From contig OZ024764.1 of NCBI GenBank assembly GCA_964016885.1, positions 16,058,001 to 16,122,000 of the forward strand: a stretch of 64,000 nt of DNA, in the 5' to 3' direction. Made by a program: the position numbers and the translations under genes. The notes beneath the pieces are model-generated. The model saw only the letters and a program-made list of their open reading frames with translations. It had not been told where the DNA came from and did no database searches. This document shows, piece after piece, positions 1-13,026 of this stretch. This DNA is from Eledone cirrhosa (taxonomy: Eukaryota). Position 1 is the stretch's first letter. The number at the start of each line of letters is the position of its first letter.

Positions 1-39
1 GTGACTGACAGCACATGACTTGTGTGTGACCTTGACATT

Positions 40-181
40 ACATATATACACACACACACACATATCTATATACACACACACATACATATATATACACATA
101 TCTATATACACACACACACACATACATATACACATATATACACACACATACATATACACATATCTATATACACACATACAT

Positions 182-224
<43 letters not shown>

Positions 225-730
225 CACATATCTATATACACACACACATACATATACACACATACATATATATACACACACATACATATATATATATACA
301 CATATCTATATACACACACACATACATATACACATCTATATACACACATACATATATATACACATATCTATATACACACATAGATATATATACACATATA
401 TATATACACACACATACATATACACATATCTATATACACACATACATATATATACACATATCTATATACACACACATACATATACACATCTATATACACA
501 CACACACATACATATACACATATCTATATACACACATACATATATATACACACACATACATATATATATACACATATCTATATACACACATACACATATA
601 CACATCTATATACACACATACATATATATGTATATATATATACACATATCTATATACACACATACATATACACATATATATATATATACACACGCACACA
701 CACATACATATATATATATACACACACACA
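40..730. repeat. (TA)/(CA) compound microsatellite
   Basis: Direct inspection. Confidence 0.95.
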
Positions 731-1085
731 GTGGTGGTGGTGTTTAGCCCAAGGTCAGTCATATCCCCCCCCCCCCCCTCTCTCTAATGGTGGTATCCAA
801 GGTCACATATCTCATTTTTCTCTGCACCCCCCTCCCTCTCTCTGCTTCCTGCTGTCTTTTGTAATCTCTCTCTCCCTTTCTCTCTCTCTCTCTCCCTCTC
901 TCCCCCTCCCCCTCTCTCCCCTTCCTGCTGCCTTTGTCATTCCCCTCTCAATCTCTAGTGGTGGTAGTGTCCAAGGTCAGTCATATGTTATGCCTCACTC
1001 TCTCTATCTCTCTATCTCTCCCTCTATCTCTCTATCTATATCTCACTCTCTCTCTCTCTCTTTAATGGCTTTAGTCTTTGTATTA

Positions 1086-1158
<73 letters not shown>

Positions 1159-1369
1159 CACACATACACACACACACATGTATGTATGTATATATATACT
1201 CTGTATATAACACTACACCTAATATTCCCCCTCCACACACACACATGTATATCATGACTCATACACTATTCACTTCCCTGACATTTGTACATTATTCTAT
1301 GTACTATACATGCACCTTTGATGAGTTGCAGTGTACCTGAGCACTGTACACAATAATTTCATTATTATT

Positions 1370-1722
1370 GTGGATTGGCAGTATCGGTAGAGGGTCGGAC
1401 GCCATGTTTTGCAGCATAGTTACGTCCCTTTACGATCCGAGTTCAAATCCCGCTGAAGTTGACTTTGCCTTTCATCCTTACGGGGTCGATAAAATTAAGT
1501 ACCAGTAATGCACTGGGATAATTGCTGGCCTTGTGCCTAAAATAAAAACAATTATATATTAGAGAGTCGGACATCATGCTTTGAAGCATAGAGTTACGTC
1601 CCTTTACGATCCGAGTTCAAATCCCGCCGAGGTTGACTTTGCCTTTCATCCTTACGGGGTCGATAAAATTAAGTACCAGTAATGCACTGGGGTAATTGCT
1701 GGCCTTGTGCCTAAAGTAGAAA
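1370..1722 (+). mobile_element. tRNA-derived SINE family A, two tandem copies (others near 14885, 34077-34258 -, 39400-39722, 42362-42740, 45537-45800, 54755-55010, 61960-62050 -)
   Basis: A-box TGGCAGTATCGGTAG, B-box GAGTTCAAATCCC and a conserved core GCCTTTCATCCTTACGGGGTCGATAAAATAAAGTACCAGT in many dispersed copies. Confidence 0.85.
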
Positions 1723-1871
1723 CATTTATTATTATATATACACTATATGTACAGTATAGGTGACCCAGTGAATTACTGGTGGTGGTACCAGGACGACCTT
1801 GAGCCAGTCCACTGCGAAATACGCATAACAGGTCGATACACAATTAATAACTAAAATATGTAAACAAAGCT

Positions 1872-2520
1872 TTCTTCTTCTTCTTCTTCTTTTCCTCCTT
1901 CTTCTTCTTCTTCTTTTTCTTTTCCTTCTTCTTCTTCTTTTCCTTCTTCTTCTTCTTCTTCTTCTTTTCCTCCTTCTTCTTCTTCTTCTTCTTTTTCTTT
2001 TCCTTCTTCTTCTTCTTTTCCTTCTTCTTCTTTTCCTTCTTCTTTTCCTTCTTCTTTTCCTTCTTCTTCTTCTTCTTCTTTTCCTTCTTCTTCTTCTTTG
2101 CCTTCTTCTTCTTCTTCTTCTTCTTTTCCTTTTTCTTCTTCTTTTCCTTCTTCTTCTTTTCCTTCTTCTTCTTCTTCTTCTTTGCCTTCTTCTTCTTCTT
2201 CTTTTCCTTTTTCTTCTTTTCCTTCTTCTTCTTTTCCTTCTTCTTCTTCTTCTTCTTTTCCTTCTTCTTCTTCTTCTTCTTTGCCTTCTTCTTCTTCTTC
2301 TTCTTTGCCTTCTTCTTCTTCCTCTTCTTCTTCTTTTTCTTCTTCTTCTTCTTCTTCTTTTCCTTCTTCTTCTTCTTTGCCTTCTTCTTCTTCTTCTTCT
2401 TCTTCTCTTTCTTCTTCTTCTTCTTCTTCTTTGCCTTCTTCTTCTTCTTTTTCTTCTTCTTCTTCTTCTTCTTCTTCTTCCTCCTCTTCTTCTTCTTCTC
2501 CTCCTCCTCCTTCTCCTCCC
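1872..2520. repeat. (TTC)n-based polypyrimidine/polypurine tract
   Basis: About 650 bp of TTC interrupted by TTTTCC/TTTGCC. Confidence 0.95.
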
Positions 2521-2661
2521 ACTTATTCCTGACAAGGTCATGTGACAGAGCAGAGACCTCAAACACTCCCTCTAGTGGGTCCTGTCAGAAGCAACTGTCT
2601 CCAACTAATCCAGCTAGATCCCCAAGAAAGACCAGCCAAGCTCCTGGGTGTTATCCAACCA

Positions 2662-5638
2662 TCTTGCTGAGTGTTCACCCCTGGGTCTCCTGCCAGTTGG
2701 TTTGGCCAGTCTTGCTGAGTGTTCACCCCTGGGTCTCCTGCCAGTTGGTTTGGCCAGTCTTGCTGAGTGTTCACCCCTGGGTCTCCTGCCAGTTGGTTTG
2801 GCCAGTCTTGCTGAGTGTTTAGTCCTGGGTCTCCTGCCAGTTGGTTTGGCCAGTCTTGCTGAGTGTTTAGCCCTGGGTCTCCTGCCAGTTGGTTTGGCCA
2901 GTCTTGCTGAGTGTTTAGTCCTGGGTCTCCTGCCAGTTGGTTTGGCCAGTCTTGCTGAGTGTTTAGTCCTGGGTCTCCTGCCAGTTGGTTTGGCCAGTCT
3001 TGCTGAGTGTTTAGTCCTGGGTCTCCTGCCAGTTGGTTTGGCCAGTCTTGCTGAGTGTTTAGTCCTGGGTCTCCTGCCAGTTGGTTTGGCCAGTCTTGCT
3101 GAGTGTTTAGTCCTGGGTCTCCTGCCAGTTGGTTTGGCCAGTCTTGCTGAGTGTTTAGTCCTGGGTCTCCTGCCAGTTGGTTTGGCCAGTCTTGCTGAGT
3201 GTTTAGTCCTGGGTCTCCTGCCAGTTGGTTTGGCCAGTCTTGCTGAGTGTTTAGTCCTGGGTCTCCTGCCAGTTGGTTTGGCCAGTCTTGCTGAGTGTTT
3301 AGTCCTGGGTCTCCTGCCAGTTGGTTTGGCCAGTCTTGCTGAGTGTTTAGTCCTGGGTCTCCTGCCAGTTGGTTTGGCCAGTCTTGCTGAGTGTTTAGTC
3401 CTGGGTCTCCTGCCAGTTGGTTTGGCCAGTCTTGCTGAGTGTTTAGTCCTGGGTCTCCTGCCAGTTGGTTTGGCCAGTCTTGCTGAGTGTTTAGTCCTGG
3501 GTCTCCTGCCAGTTGGTTTGGCCAGTCTTGCTGAGTGTTTAGTCCTGGGTCTCCTGCCAGTTGGTTTGGCCAGTCTTGCTGAGTGTTTAGCCCTGGGTCT
3601 CCTGCCAGTTGGTTTGGCCAGTCTTGCTGAGTGTTTAGTCCTGGGTCTCCTGCCAGTTGGTTTGGCCAGTCTTGCTGAGTGTTTAGTCCTGGGTCTCCTG
3701 CCAGTTGGTTTGGCCAGTCTTGCTGAGTGTTTAGTCCTGGGTCTCCTGCCAGTTGGTTTGGCCAGTCTTGCTGAGTGTTTAGCCCTGGGTCTCCTGCCAG
3801 TTGGTTTGGCCAGTCTTGCTGAGTGTTTAGTCCTGGGTCTCCTGCCAGTTGGTTTGGCCAGTCTTGCTGAGTGTTTAGTCCTGGGTCTCCTGCCAGTTGG
3901 TTTGGCCAGTCTTGCTGAGTGTTTAGCCCTGGGTCTCCTGCCAGTTGGTTTGGCCAGTCTTGCTGAGTGTTTAGTCCTGGGTCTCCTGCCAGTTGGTTTG
4001 GCCAGTCTTGCTGAGTGTTTAGTCCTGGGTCTCCTGCCAGTTGGTTTGGCCAGTCTTGCTGAGTGTTTAGTCCTGGGTCTCCTGCCAGTTGGTTTGGCCA
4101 GTCTTGCTGAGTGTTTAGCCCTGGGTCTCCTGCCAGTTGGTTTGGCCAGTCTTGCTGAGTGTTTAGTCCTGGGTCTCCTGCCAGTTGGTTTGGCCAGTCT
4201 TGCTGAGTGTTTAGTCCTGGGTCTCCTGCCAGTTGGTTTGGCCAGTCTTGCTGAGTGTTTAGTCCTGGGTCTCCTGCCAGTTGGTTTGGCCAGTCTTGCT
4301 GAGTGTTTAGCCCTGGGTCTCCTGCCAGTTGGTTTGGCCAGTCTTGCTGAGTGTTTAGTCCTGGGTCTCCTGCCAGTTGGTTTGGCCAGTCTTGCTGAGT
4401 GTTTAGTCCTGGGTCTCCTGCCAGTTGGTTTGGCCAGTCTTGCTGAGTGTTTAGTCCTGGGTCTCCTGCCAGTTGGTTTGGCCAGTCTTGCTGAGTGTTT
4501 AGTCCTGGGTCTCCTGCCAGTTGGTTTGGCCAGTCTTGCTGAGTGTTTAGCCCTGGGTCTCCTGCCAGTTGGTTTGGCCAGTCTTGCTGAGTGTTTAGTC
4601 CTGGGTCTCCTGCCAGTTGGTTTGGCCAGTCTTGCTGAGTGTTTAGTCCTGGGTCTCCTGCCAGTTGGTTTGGCCAGTCTTGCTGAGTGTTTAGTCCTGG
4701 GTCTCCTGCCAGTTGGTTTGGCCAGTCTTGCTGAGTGTTTACCCCTGGGTCTCCTGCCAGTTGGTTTGGCCTGTCTTGCTGAGTGTTTAGTCCTGGGTCT
4801 CCTGCCAGTTGGTTTGGCCAGTCTTGCTGAGTGTTTAGTCCTGGGTCTCCTGCCAGTTGGTTTGGCCAGTCTTGCTGAGTGTTTAGTCCTGGGTCTCCTG
4901 CCAGTTGGTTTGGCCAGTCTTGCTGAGTGTTTAGTCCTGGGTCTCCTGCCAGTTGGTTTGGCCAGTCTTGCTGAGTGTTTAGTCCTGGGTCTCCTGCCAG
5001 TTGGTTTGGCCAGTCTTGCTGAGTGTTTAGTCCTGGGTCTCCTGCCAGTTGGTTTGGCCAGTCTTGCTGAGTGTTTAGTCCTGGGTCTCCTGCCAGTTGG
5101 TTTGGCCAGTCTTGCTGAGTGTTTAGTCCTGGGTCTCCTGCCAGTTGGTTTGGCCAGTCTTGCTGAGTGTTTAGTCCTGGGTCTCCTGCCAGTTGGTTTG
5201 GCCAGTCTTGCTGAGTGTTTAGTCCTGGGTCTCCTGCCAGTTGGTTTGGCCAGTCTTGCTGAGTGTTTAGTCCTGGGTCTCCTGCCAGTTGGTTTGGCCA
5301 GTCTTGCTGAGTGTTCACCCCTGGGTCTCCTGCCAGTTGGTTTGGCCAGTCTTGCTGAGTGTTTAGTCCTGGGTCTCCTGCCAGTTGGTTTGGCCAGTCT
5401 TGCTGAGTGTTTAGTCCTGGGTCTCCTGCCAGTTGGTTTGGCCAGTCTTGCTGAGTGTTTAGTCCTGGGTCTCCTGCCAGTTGGTTTGGCCAGTCTTGCT
5501 GAGTGTTCACCCCTGGGTCTCCTGCCAGTTGGTTTGGCCAGTCTTGCTGAGTGTTCACCCCTGGGTCTCCTGCCAGTTGGTTTGGCCAGTCTTGCTGAGT
5601 GTTCACCCCTGGGTCTCCTGCCAGTTGGTTTGGCCAGT
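2662..5638. repeat. 48-bp minisatellite, about 62 copies
   Basis: Unit TCTTGCTGAGTGTTTAGTCCTGGGTCTCCTGCCAGTTGGTTTGGCCAG. Confidence 0.97.
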
Positions 5639-5843
5639 AATATCTGTCCTGTGACTCTTTCCTGAGACATTCTAACCACATGTCTGTAGTATACAGTGTA
5701 GATGTTGACTGGGTGTATATATATACAGTGTAGATGTTGACTGGGTGTATATATATACAGTGTAGATGTTGACTGGGTGTATATATATACAGTGTGTAGA
5801 TGTTGACTGGGTGTATATATATACAGTGTGTAGATGTTGACTG

Positions 5844-5892
<49 letters not shown>

Positions 5893-5957
5893 TGTGTAGA
5901 TGTTGACTGGATATATATATATATATATACAGTGTGTAGATGTTAACTGGGTGTATA

Positions 5958-5989
<32 letters not shown>

Positions 5990-6534
5990 GGTGATAATAT
6001 TACTGATAGTGATGTTGGTGGTGGTGGTGCGGGGTGATGTTGGTGGTGGTGGTGCTAGGATTAATGATGATGATGATGATATTTCTCTTTCTCTCTTCCA
6101 CAGGTGTTCTTCCAACCTACTGTTGCAGTATTTCACACTAATTCACTTGATTTACTGCCCCAGCCCCCACTGTACCCACCTCACCTCACTACTTTCCAGC
6201 GATGTCTCCAAACCTAACGAGGAAGAGGGCTATGGTTAGTACAGCAACAACAACAACAACAACAACAACAGTTATGAGGAAAGCTTGTTTCAGTGTCTTC
6301 ACAACCACCTCCACCTCCTTCGCCGATAATGTTGACCCTAAAATACTTCGACTTCACCTCCACCAACTCAAGGACAAAATACGTTTATCTCCGACCCATG
6401 TCCAGCCCTCTTTTCTACCTCTATTGGTTGTCTAAAGAAGATTTTGGGGACCCCCACTTAAAAATTTCTGAAAAGGGTTGTTTTTTTTTTTTCCTCACTC
6501 ACACACACCTTCCATATATATATAACATCATCGG

Positions 6535-6720
6535 ACCGAGGAAACAATGTTTCCACTGGTCTTTCCAGTTGCTAATACTATCTATCGGTCGCAACTCCAG
6601 GTAGAAGGAGCAACGTGAAATAAAGTGTCTTGCTCAAGGACATAACGCATCGCCTGGTCCAGGAATCGAACTCACAACCTCACGATTGCGAATTCGGTTC
6701 TCTAACCACTCAGCACAAGC
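6535..6720 (-). mobile_element. tRNA-derived SINE family B (others near 33955-34055 +, 53000-53600 +, 62335-62500 +)
   Basis: B-box GAGTTCGATTCC followed by CTTGAGCAAGACACTTTATTTCAC core; dispersed copies. Confidence 0.8.
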
Positions 6721-6741
6721 CTCCACATCATCATCATCATC

Positions 6742-6783
<42 letters not shown>

Positions 6784-6963
6784 AAACTATATGTATATTT
6801 ATATTATCACCCTTTAAATGTGACATACGTACAATATTATATATCAGAAAACCAGACAGTATATATGTATAGATAGATATATATTGATATATATTGAAGC
6901 ATATGCACGCACACAATCAGATATATATATATATATACATACATATATACATACATACATACA

Positions 6964-6994
<31 letters not shown>

Positions 6995-7429
6995 GTTTTA
7001 TGCACACATTATGTATATGTATTAAACTGACACAATGTTTCACACAAAATATATGCATATATAAAGTGTGTATATCTTTATATAAGTATTTATATTTCAG
7101 GATTGAAGTCTGCTCAACATATATACACACACACAAACACACATTTATATATATATAATATATATAACAAACATTCACATATACACACAGACATATATAT
7201 ATATATATATATATATATCTATATATTTTTATAAACTTTTTAAACTCTACTTCCACTGACCATCTGCTATGAAAAGAGGGCTGGGATGGACCTTAAATTG
7301 CACTAACACTAACAGGAGACCCCTCTCTCGTGTCCAGTGTATCCTTTTAAATATCTCACCCCTCTAAAACCAATCAGGGCGTTGATGCCTGCTTCATTTG
7401 TTAATATTCTGTAGAACTGCAGGGACATC

Positions 7430-7626
7430 TACACACACACATATATATATATACACACACATATATATACATACACACACATATATATATATACACACAC
7501 ACCAGAAGTCAAAGAAAAATATTCCTCTAAACACACATTTGTTTCTTTGCATATATATATATATATACATACATACATACATACATAAATATATATATAT
7601 ATACATACATACATAAATATATATAT

Positions 7627-7679
<53 letters not shown>

Positions 7680-7708
7680 CATAAATATATATATATATAC
7701 ATACATAC

Positions 7709-7751
<43 letters not shown>

Positions 7752-7956
7752 CATAAATATATATATATATACATACATACATACATAAATATATATATAT
7801 ACATACATACATAAATATATATATATATATATATATACATACATAAATATATATATATATATACATACATAAATATATATACATACATACATAAATATAT
7901 ATATATATACATACATACATACATACATACATACATAAATATATATATACACATAC

Positions 7957-8005
<49 letters not shown>
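7430..8005. repeat. (TA)n/(TACA)n microsatellite immediately upstream of the large ORF
   Basis: Direct inspection. Confidence 0.95.
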
Positions 8006-8008
<3 letters not shown>

Positions 8009-8031
8009 TTTATCTCTGGGTCTGAGAAAGA

Positions 8032-11000
8032 ATGGAGAGTTTACTTCGGGCTGTGTTGACCTCACCTTCAGACTTTCCCCCGCTGTCCAAAGTGGGCAAT
8101 GTCCAGCCCCCCAGACAGACTCACGCCACCAGTCCATATCTACACGCTGCCCTCACCACAGCTCTGCCCCACACACCTCATGTCAGCCCACCACTCACTA
8201 AACAGCGTTCTTCCCTCTCTGCTGACCCTGGCAAGGGACTGGGGGGACCTCAATTGAAGCAGAATGCTGGGGCACAGCTGGGACCACCAGCAGTTAAAAT
8301 CAAGGGTCGAGAAAACCAAAAGGACCCAGCCAAACAAATCTCCAACAGATACAGTAAACTTTTAGAGGCGTTGACCTCAGATTTCCAAGTCCCCGAGAAC
8401 TCCCTGCTGCATGTCACCTCCACCACCACCACCACTACTGCTGCCAACAACTCCACCCCCAGCTCACCGTCACCATCACCATCATTAATGTCAACAGCTG
8501 CATCTAGTTTGAGTAAGGGACGGCCCCCGGCAGCCCCTAACAGCCCACAATCAAATACTGCAGCAGCCCCGCCCTACAGGAGTAAGTTGTTCTTGGCCCT
8601 CACGTCTCCCCTTCAGCATTGGGACAAAGAATCTGTTAACCGCGAGAAGAATCGGCAGCGTTGTTGCCCTGGAAACACTACCTGTAATAAGTCAGCCATG
8701 AATAAGACAATCAAAGGGGTAAACGCAAGAAAGCCAGATCTGTTAAATGTATTGTTTCCAGTTGAGACTGACCTCTTGTATAATACACCCACAGTTGTTA
8801 AGCCAGAACTTCAGCCAACTGAGGCTGACCTCTTGTATAACACGCCCGAAGTTAAGCCAGAACTTCAGCCAGCTGAGACTGACCTCTTGTATAACACACC
8901 CACAATTGTTAAGCCAGAACTTGAGCCAACTGAAACTAACCTCTTGTATAATACTACTGCAGTTGTTGAGCCAACTGAGACTGACCTCTTGAATAATACA
9001 CCCACAATTGTTAAGCCCAAACTTGAGCTGGCTGAAACTGTCCTCTTGTATAATACCCCTGCAGTTGTTAAGCCAGAACTTGAGCCAACTGAGACTGACC
9101 TCTTGTATAACACACCCACAGTTAAGCCAGAACTTCAGCCGACTGAGACTGACCTCTTGTATAATACACCCACAGTTAAGCCAGAACTTCAGCCGACTGA
9201 AACTGACCTCTTATATAAAACCCCTGCAGTTGTCAAGCCAGAACTTCAGCCAGTCGAGACTGACCTCTTATATAACACACCCACAGTTAAGTCAGAACTT
9301 CAGCCGACCGAGACTGACCTCTTGTATAATACACCCACAGTTAAGTCAGAACTTCAGCCGACCAAGACTGACCTCTTGTATAATACACCCACAGTTGTTA
9401 GGTCAGACCTTCCAGAACAATCGTCTGGATGTCCATCACTGTCATTCCATTCGTCAGACAAAGACCTAAGTCCATGTTGTGAAAGTTCCGACTGCACTCA
9501 TGATGCACCCAAAAACAGGGGTCTGCCATCTCTGGCGTCTGCTTTGTTGCAACCACATCATAGAAGCAGCCAACAAGAAACGGATCGGAATTCTTTGGGA
9601 AGTTTTCATGAACATTCTCATGATGATGATGATGATGATTCTCAGTTACTTCCTAAAATTGCTGCAGATTTCAATCAGAAAACGAAGACAGAAAATACAG
9701 CATTCCAGGTGAGAAAATCTGATTCTGGGTACCAACAGGCCTCAATGTGTGGTATGGAGGCCCTCTCTGATTCTGGGTACCAACAGGCCTCAATGTGTGG
9801 TATGGAGGCCCTCTCTGATTCTGGGTACCAACAGGCCTCAATGTGTGGTATGGAGACCTTCCCTGATTCTGGGTACCAACAGGCCTCAACGTGTGATATG
9901 GAGGCCCTCTCTGATTCTGGGTACCAACAGGCCTCAATGTGTGGTATGGAGGCCCTCTCTGATTCTGGGTACCAACAGGCCTCAATGTGTGGTATGGAGG
10001 CCCTCTCTGATTCTGGCTACCAACAGGCCTCAATGTGTGGTATGGAGACCCTCTCTGATTCTGGGTACCAACAGGTCTCAACGTGTGATATGGAGACCCT
10101 CTCTGATTCTGGGCCTCAGCAGGCCTCAACGTATGGTATGGAGACCGTCTCTGATTCTGGGTACCAACAGGCCTCAATGTGTGGTATGAAGACCCTCTCT
10201 AATTCTGGGTACCAACAGGCCTCAACATGTGGTATGGAGACCCTCTCTGATTCTGGGCTCCAACAGGCCTCAACATGTGGTATGGAGATCCTCTCAGATG
10301 CTGCTATAGTTAGAAAAAATGACAGCCAAAAATCTACACTTTGTGCCAACAATTCAGTGAAAAGACAGTTAAATGGGGAGGATTTTGGCATGTGTAATGA
10401 AGGAAACTTTGTTAACTCTCCCACAAAATCAAAGCAGACAAACTTCCGACAGAAATTGCTAACACAGTTGAAATCTCGTTCAAGACCAACTGGAATCTCT
10501 GTTGCTAAAAAACGAAAATTTCTGGATTGCTGCAAAAGTAGGCTTGAAAATTCTGATCCCCTCTATTATGTGGAATCCTCAAGATCCTTTGTTGAAGACC
10601 TGGCATGTAAAAAACCCAAAGTAGGATTGGAAAATGTAAAGAAAGAAGACAGGTCTAGCTCTAATTCAGACAATCAAATCATAGCCAAGGAGAATTCCCC
10701 TTCGAGAATATTGTTGAAGAGTTTAGCTTCTAGTTGTGGAAACATTAGTGATGAGGGTAGCTGTGTTGATGGCCATACATCTAATATGGTTTTACAGAAG
10801 ACTTGTATAGACAATGGTGGTGATGGTAGCTGTGTTGATGGCCATACATCTAATATGGTTTTACAGAAGACTTGTGTAGACAATCATGGTAGTGATGGTA
10901 GCTGTGGTGGTGGTCAGATGACTTGTGCAGACAGTAATGGTGGTGATTCCTCCAAATATCATCTCTCCCAACCAACAGTAAACAATTCTGATGTCAACTT

Positions 11001-13026
11001 AGGTTGTAACTCTATGTTAAAGTCAGCACAGAACTCTTGCTCTTCAGTATCACTTTGGAAGAAGAATCTAGATGATAATATTAATAAAAATAACAAAAAC
11101 AATAAAGGTCCTGCTGTTAAATCCCAGTTCCTTCGAGCAGCTTTGACCTCTGCACCGATATCATTGCCCAAACCAAATAGAGTGCCAGCACCAACCTTTA
11201 ATGAGAAGCTGACTGCTGCGACAGCAGGTACATGTGGCTCAAAGAACCACTTCTTCGGCAACCAGTTGCGTTCGGCTAAGAAGGAAAGTCAAAATAAAAA
11301 TATTGTTGCTTGTAGCAGCGTATCTGATGGTTCGGCCAACAGACTAGCGGAGGAAAAGACGAGCAAATCGGCCACCGTGTCCAGGAAACGGTCTTCACGG
11401 CTGCTGGCAGCTGCTCTTTCTGCTGCGGATGATTTGAGGAAAATACCAGCATTAAAACCTGTCACAAAACAGACCAACTCTGAACTACTAAGGGCCGCTT
11501 TAGACAGCTCCGAAAAGGGAGACTCTCCAAGCTACCGCAGTAAACATTCACAGTTGCTGCGGGCAGCGCTCATTGCTGTCGACACCAACAAAGCTAATAA
11601 GGAGAAGACACAAGAAATGGGACCCAAATTCTCCAACTCGCGTCTTCTGCGTGCTGTGTTGACAGGCAAGTACAACCCTGAAACTGAAAGGTTTTGTCAC
11701 TCTAAATCCTCATTGAACATCCCTTTTCCCTCTTCTCCAATAAACCCTCTTGTGGTGAACAAGAGTGCATCTGAAAACAAGGTGGCTCCCCCTAGTGACA
11801 TATCGGTGAATACTTGTAACTCTCGAGCCAGCGGTCATTCTATATTACGAGCTGTCCTCACTGGCAATCTTGACATACCCCAGGGATCCAGGACAGCAGC
11901 TACCAGCTGCAAGAAGCCGACGCCATCTCCTGTGCGACGACAATCAAAGAGGCGGACGATAAGACGCGGGCACCTGGATTTCAAGTCAACCCATGGCAGT
12001 TCTTTTGGTGATGCCGATGACCAATTAGCAGGGCTAACATTTGGCTCTGTCAGCAAAAGTCCTCATCCTGAAATGTCTGTTATGTTGGTGAAAACCGAAC
12101 AATTTGAAGAAGCCAAGATTATTAGTGACCTGCATGAAAAAAAAGAGGAACTTAGAAATACTGAAACCGGGGTTGTTAGGGGCCTGGGTGAAAGGAAAGA
12201 GCAACTTAGAAATACTGCTGGTGACATGAGAAACGTAAAAACTGAAGGAGAGGCGGGTGAAGCCCTCAATGTGAAAATAACAGATGAATTCCGGCAAAAC
12301 AGTTGTGTTAGGAAAACGAAAAAGGATTTAGAGGGAAAAGAGGAATGTCTGTTTTGCGGTTGTGTCCATTCCAGCAACGACATCCTCTGGCCTTATATCA
12401 GCCTGTTTAGTGGGCCCAGCGCTGCAAATGAGGGTCAGCGCGGAGCCACAACAGCAGAGAACCAGCAATATCACTTCTGTCACGTGTGCCACCAAACTTT
12501 CAGTGCCTCGTGTCTCTTTCTGCGACACGTGGAGCTGCACTGTGACACCCGGACCAAGTTCCGCTGTGAGTTCTGCGGCCGGTATTTTGTGCACGTACTC
12601 TCCTACGTCATGTGTCGACTGTCGCACATGGACGCACACACGGGGGAGAGCAGTCTCGACCTAAAGAATGAGGACACCAACACCAACAACACCAGCCCCT
12701 CCATCAACAACAACAATACCTCCAACCCCACCATCAACAACACCAACACCACCTCCACCACCATCAACAACACCACCACCTCCATCAACAACACCAACCC
12801 CACCATCAACAACACCAGCCCCTCCATCAACAACACCAACCCCACCATCAACAACACCATCACCATCAACAACACCTCCATCAACAACAACAACAACAGT
12901 TATGATAATTGTGAGGAGAAAAGCGGTGTAGGTGGTGTAGGAATGTGTATTGTGAAAGGTGAGGACTGTTGGCTCTGCAGTAGCAATGCTGGTCCCATTC
13001 TGAGCCCTATAAACTTACCTTCATAA
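8032..13026 (+). CDS. Large single-ORF putative nuclear/transcriptional regulator: repeated LLRA[AV]L motifs, tandem repeats and C-terminal C2H2-like zinc fingers
   Basis: 5 kb stop-free ORF of mostly non-repetitive sequence. Contains CHVC-x12-H-x3-H and CEFC-x12-C-x3-H fingers (about 12478-12627) and basic NLS-like patches ([15 protein letters not shown]). Repeat-unit indels keep the frame. Upstream exons cannot be excluded. Confidence 0.8.
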   Translation: MESLLRAVLTSPSDFPPLSKVGNVQPPRQTHATSPYLHAALTTALPHTPHVSPPLTKQRSSLSADPGKGLGGPQLKQNAGAQLGPPAVKIKGRENQKDPAKQISNRYSKLLEALTSDFQVPENSLLHVTSTTTTTTAANNSTPSSPSPSPSLMSTAASSLSKGRPPAAPNSPQSNTAAAPPYRSKLFLALTSPLQHWDKESVNREKNRQRCCPGNTTCNKSAMNKTIKGVNARKPDLLNVLFPVETDLLYNTPTVVKPELQPTEADLLYNTPEVKPELQPAETDLLYNTPTIVKPELEPTETNLLYNTTAVVEPTETDLLNNTPTIVKPKLELAETVLLYNTPAVVKPELEPTETDLLYNTPTVKPELQPTETDLLYNTPTVKPELQPTETDLLYKTPAVVKPELQPVETDLLYNTPTVKSELQPTETDLLYNTPTVKSELQPTKTDLLYNTPTVVRSDLPEQSSGCPSLSFHSSDKDLSPCCESSDCTHDAPKNRGLPSLASALLQPHHRSSQQETDRNSLGSFHEHSHDDDDDDSQLLPKIAADFNQKTKTENTAFQVRKSDSGYQQASMCGMEALSDSGYQQASMCGMEALSDSGYQQASMCGMETFPDSGYQQASTCDMEALSDSGYQQASMCGMEALSDSGYQQASMCGMEALSDSGYQQASMCGMETLSDSGYQQVSTCDMETLSDSGPQQASTYGMETVSDSGYQQASMCGMKTLSNSGYQQASTCGMETLSDSGLQQASTCGMEILSDAAIVRKNDSQKSTLCANNSVKRQLNGEDFGMCNEGNFVNSPTKSKQTNFRQKLLTQLKSRSRPTGISVAKKRKFLDCCKSRLENSDPLYYVESSRSFVEDLACKKPKVGLENVKKEDRSSSNSDNQIIAKENSPSRILLKSLASSCGNISDEGSCVDGHTSNMVLQKTCIDNGGDGSCVDGHTSNMVLQKTCVDNHGSDGSCGGGQMTCADSNGGDSSKYHLSQPTVNNSDVNLGCNSMLKSAQNSCSSVSLWKKNLDDNINKNNKNNKGPAVKSQFLRAALTSAPISLPKPNRVPAPTFNEKLTAATAGTCGSKNHFFGNQLRSAKKESQNKNIVACSSVSDGSANRLAEEKTSKSATVSRKRSSRLLAAALSAADDLRKIPALKPVTKQTNSELLRAALDSSEKGDSPSYRSKHSQLLRAALIAVDTNKANKEKTQEMGPKFSNSRLLRAVLTGKYNPETERFCHSKSSLNIPFPSSPINPLVVNKSASENKVAPPSDISVNTCNSRASGHSILRAVLTGNLDIPQGSRTAATSCKKPTPSPVRRQSKRRTIRRGHLDFKSTHGSSFGDADDQLAGLTFGSVSKSPHPEMSVMLVKTEQFEEAKIISDLHEKKEELRNTETGVVRGLGERKEQLRNTAGDMRNVKTEGEAGEALNVKITDEFRQNSCVRKTKKDLEGKEECLFCGCVHSSNDILWPYISLFSGPSAANEGQRGATTAENQQYHFCHVCHQTFSASCLFLRHVELHCDTRTKFRCEFCGRYFVHVLSYVMCRLSHMDAHTGESSLDLKNEDTNTNNTSPSINNNNTSNPTINNTNTTSTTINNTTTSINNTNPTINNTSPSINNTNPTINNTITINNTSINNNNNSYDNCEEKSGVGGVGMCIVKGEDCWLCSSNAGPILSPINLPS

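Noticed and set aside
20-787. ORFs rich in YIHT/CVY (also at 7.4, 34.6, 43.0 and 60.5 kb)
   Set aside because: Translations of TA/CA microsatellites
1370-1460. tRNA-like A/B boxes (also 40195-40265)
   Set aside because: These are SINE heads followed by SINE cores; no complete cloverleaf
1732-2566. Poly-R/K/E ORFs
   Set aside because: Translations of the (TTC)n tract; no splice or homology support
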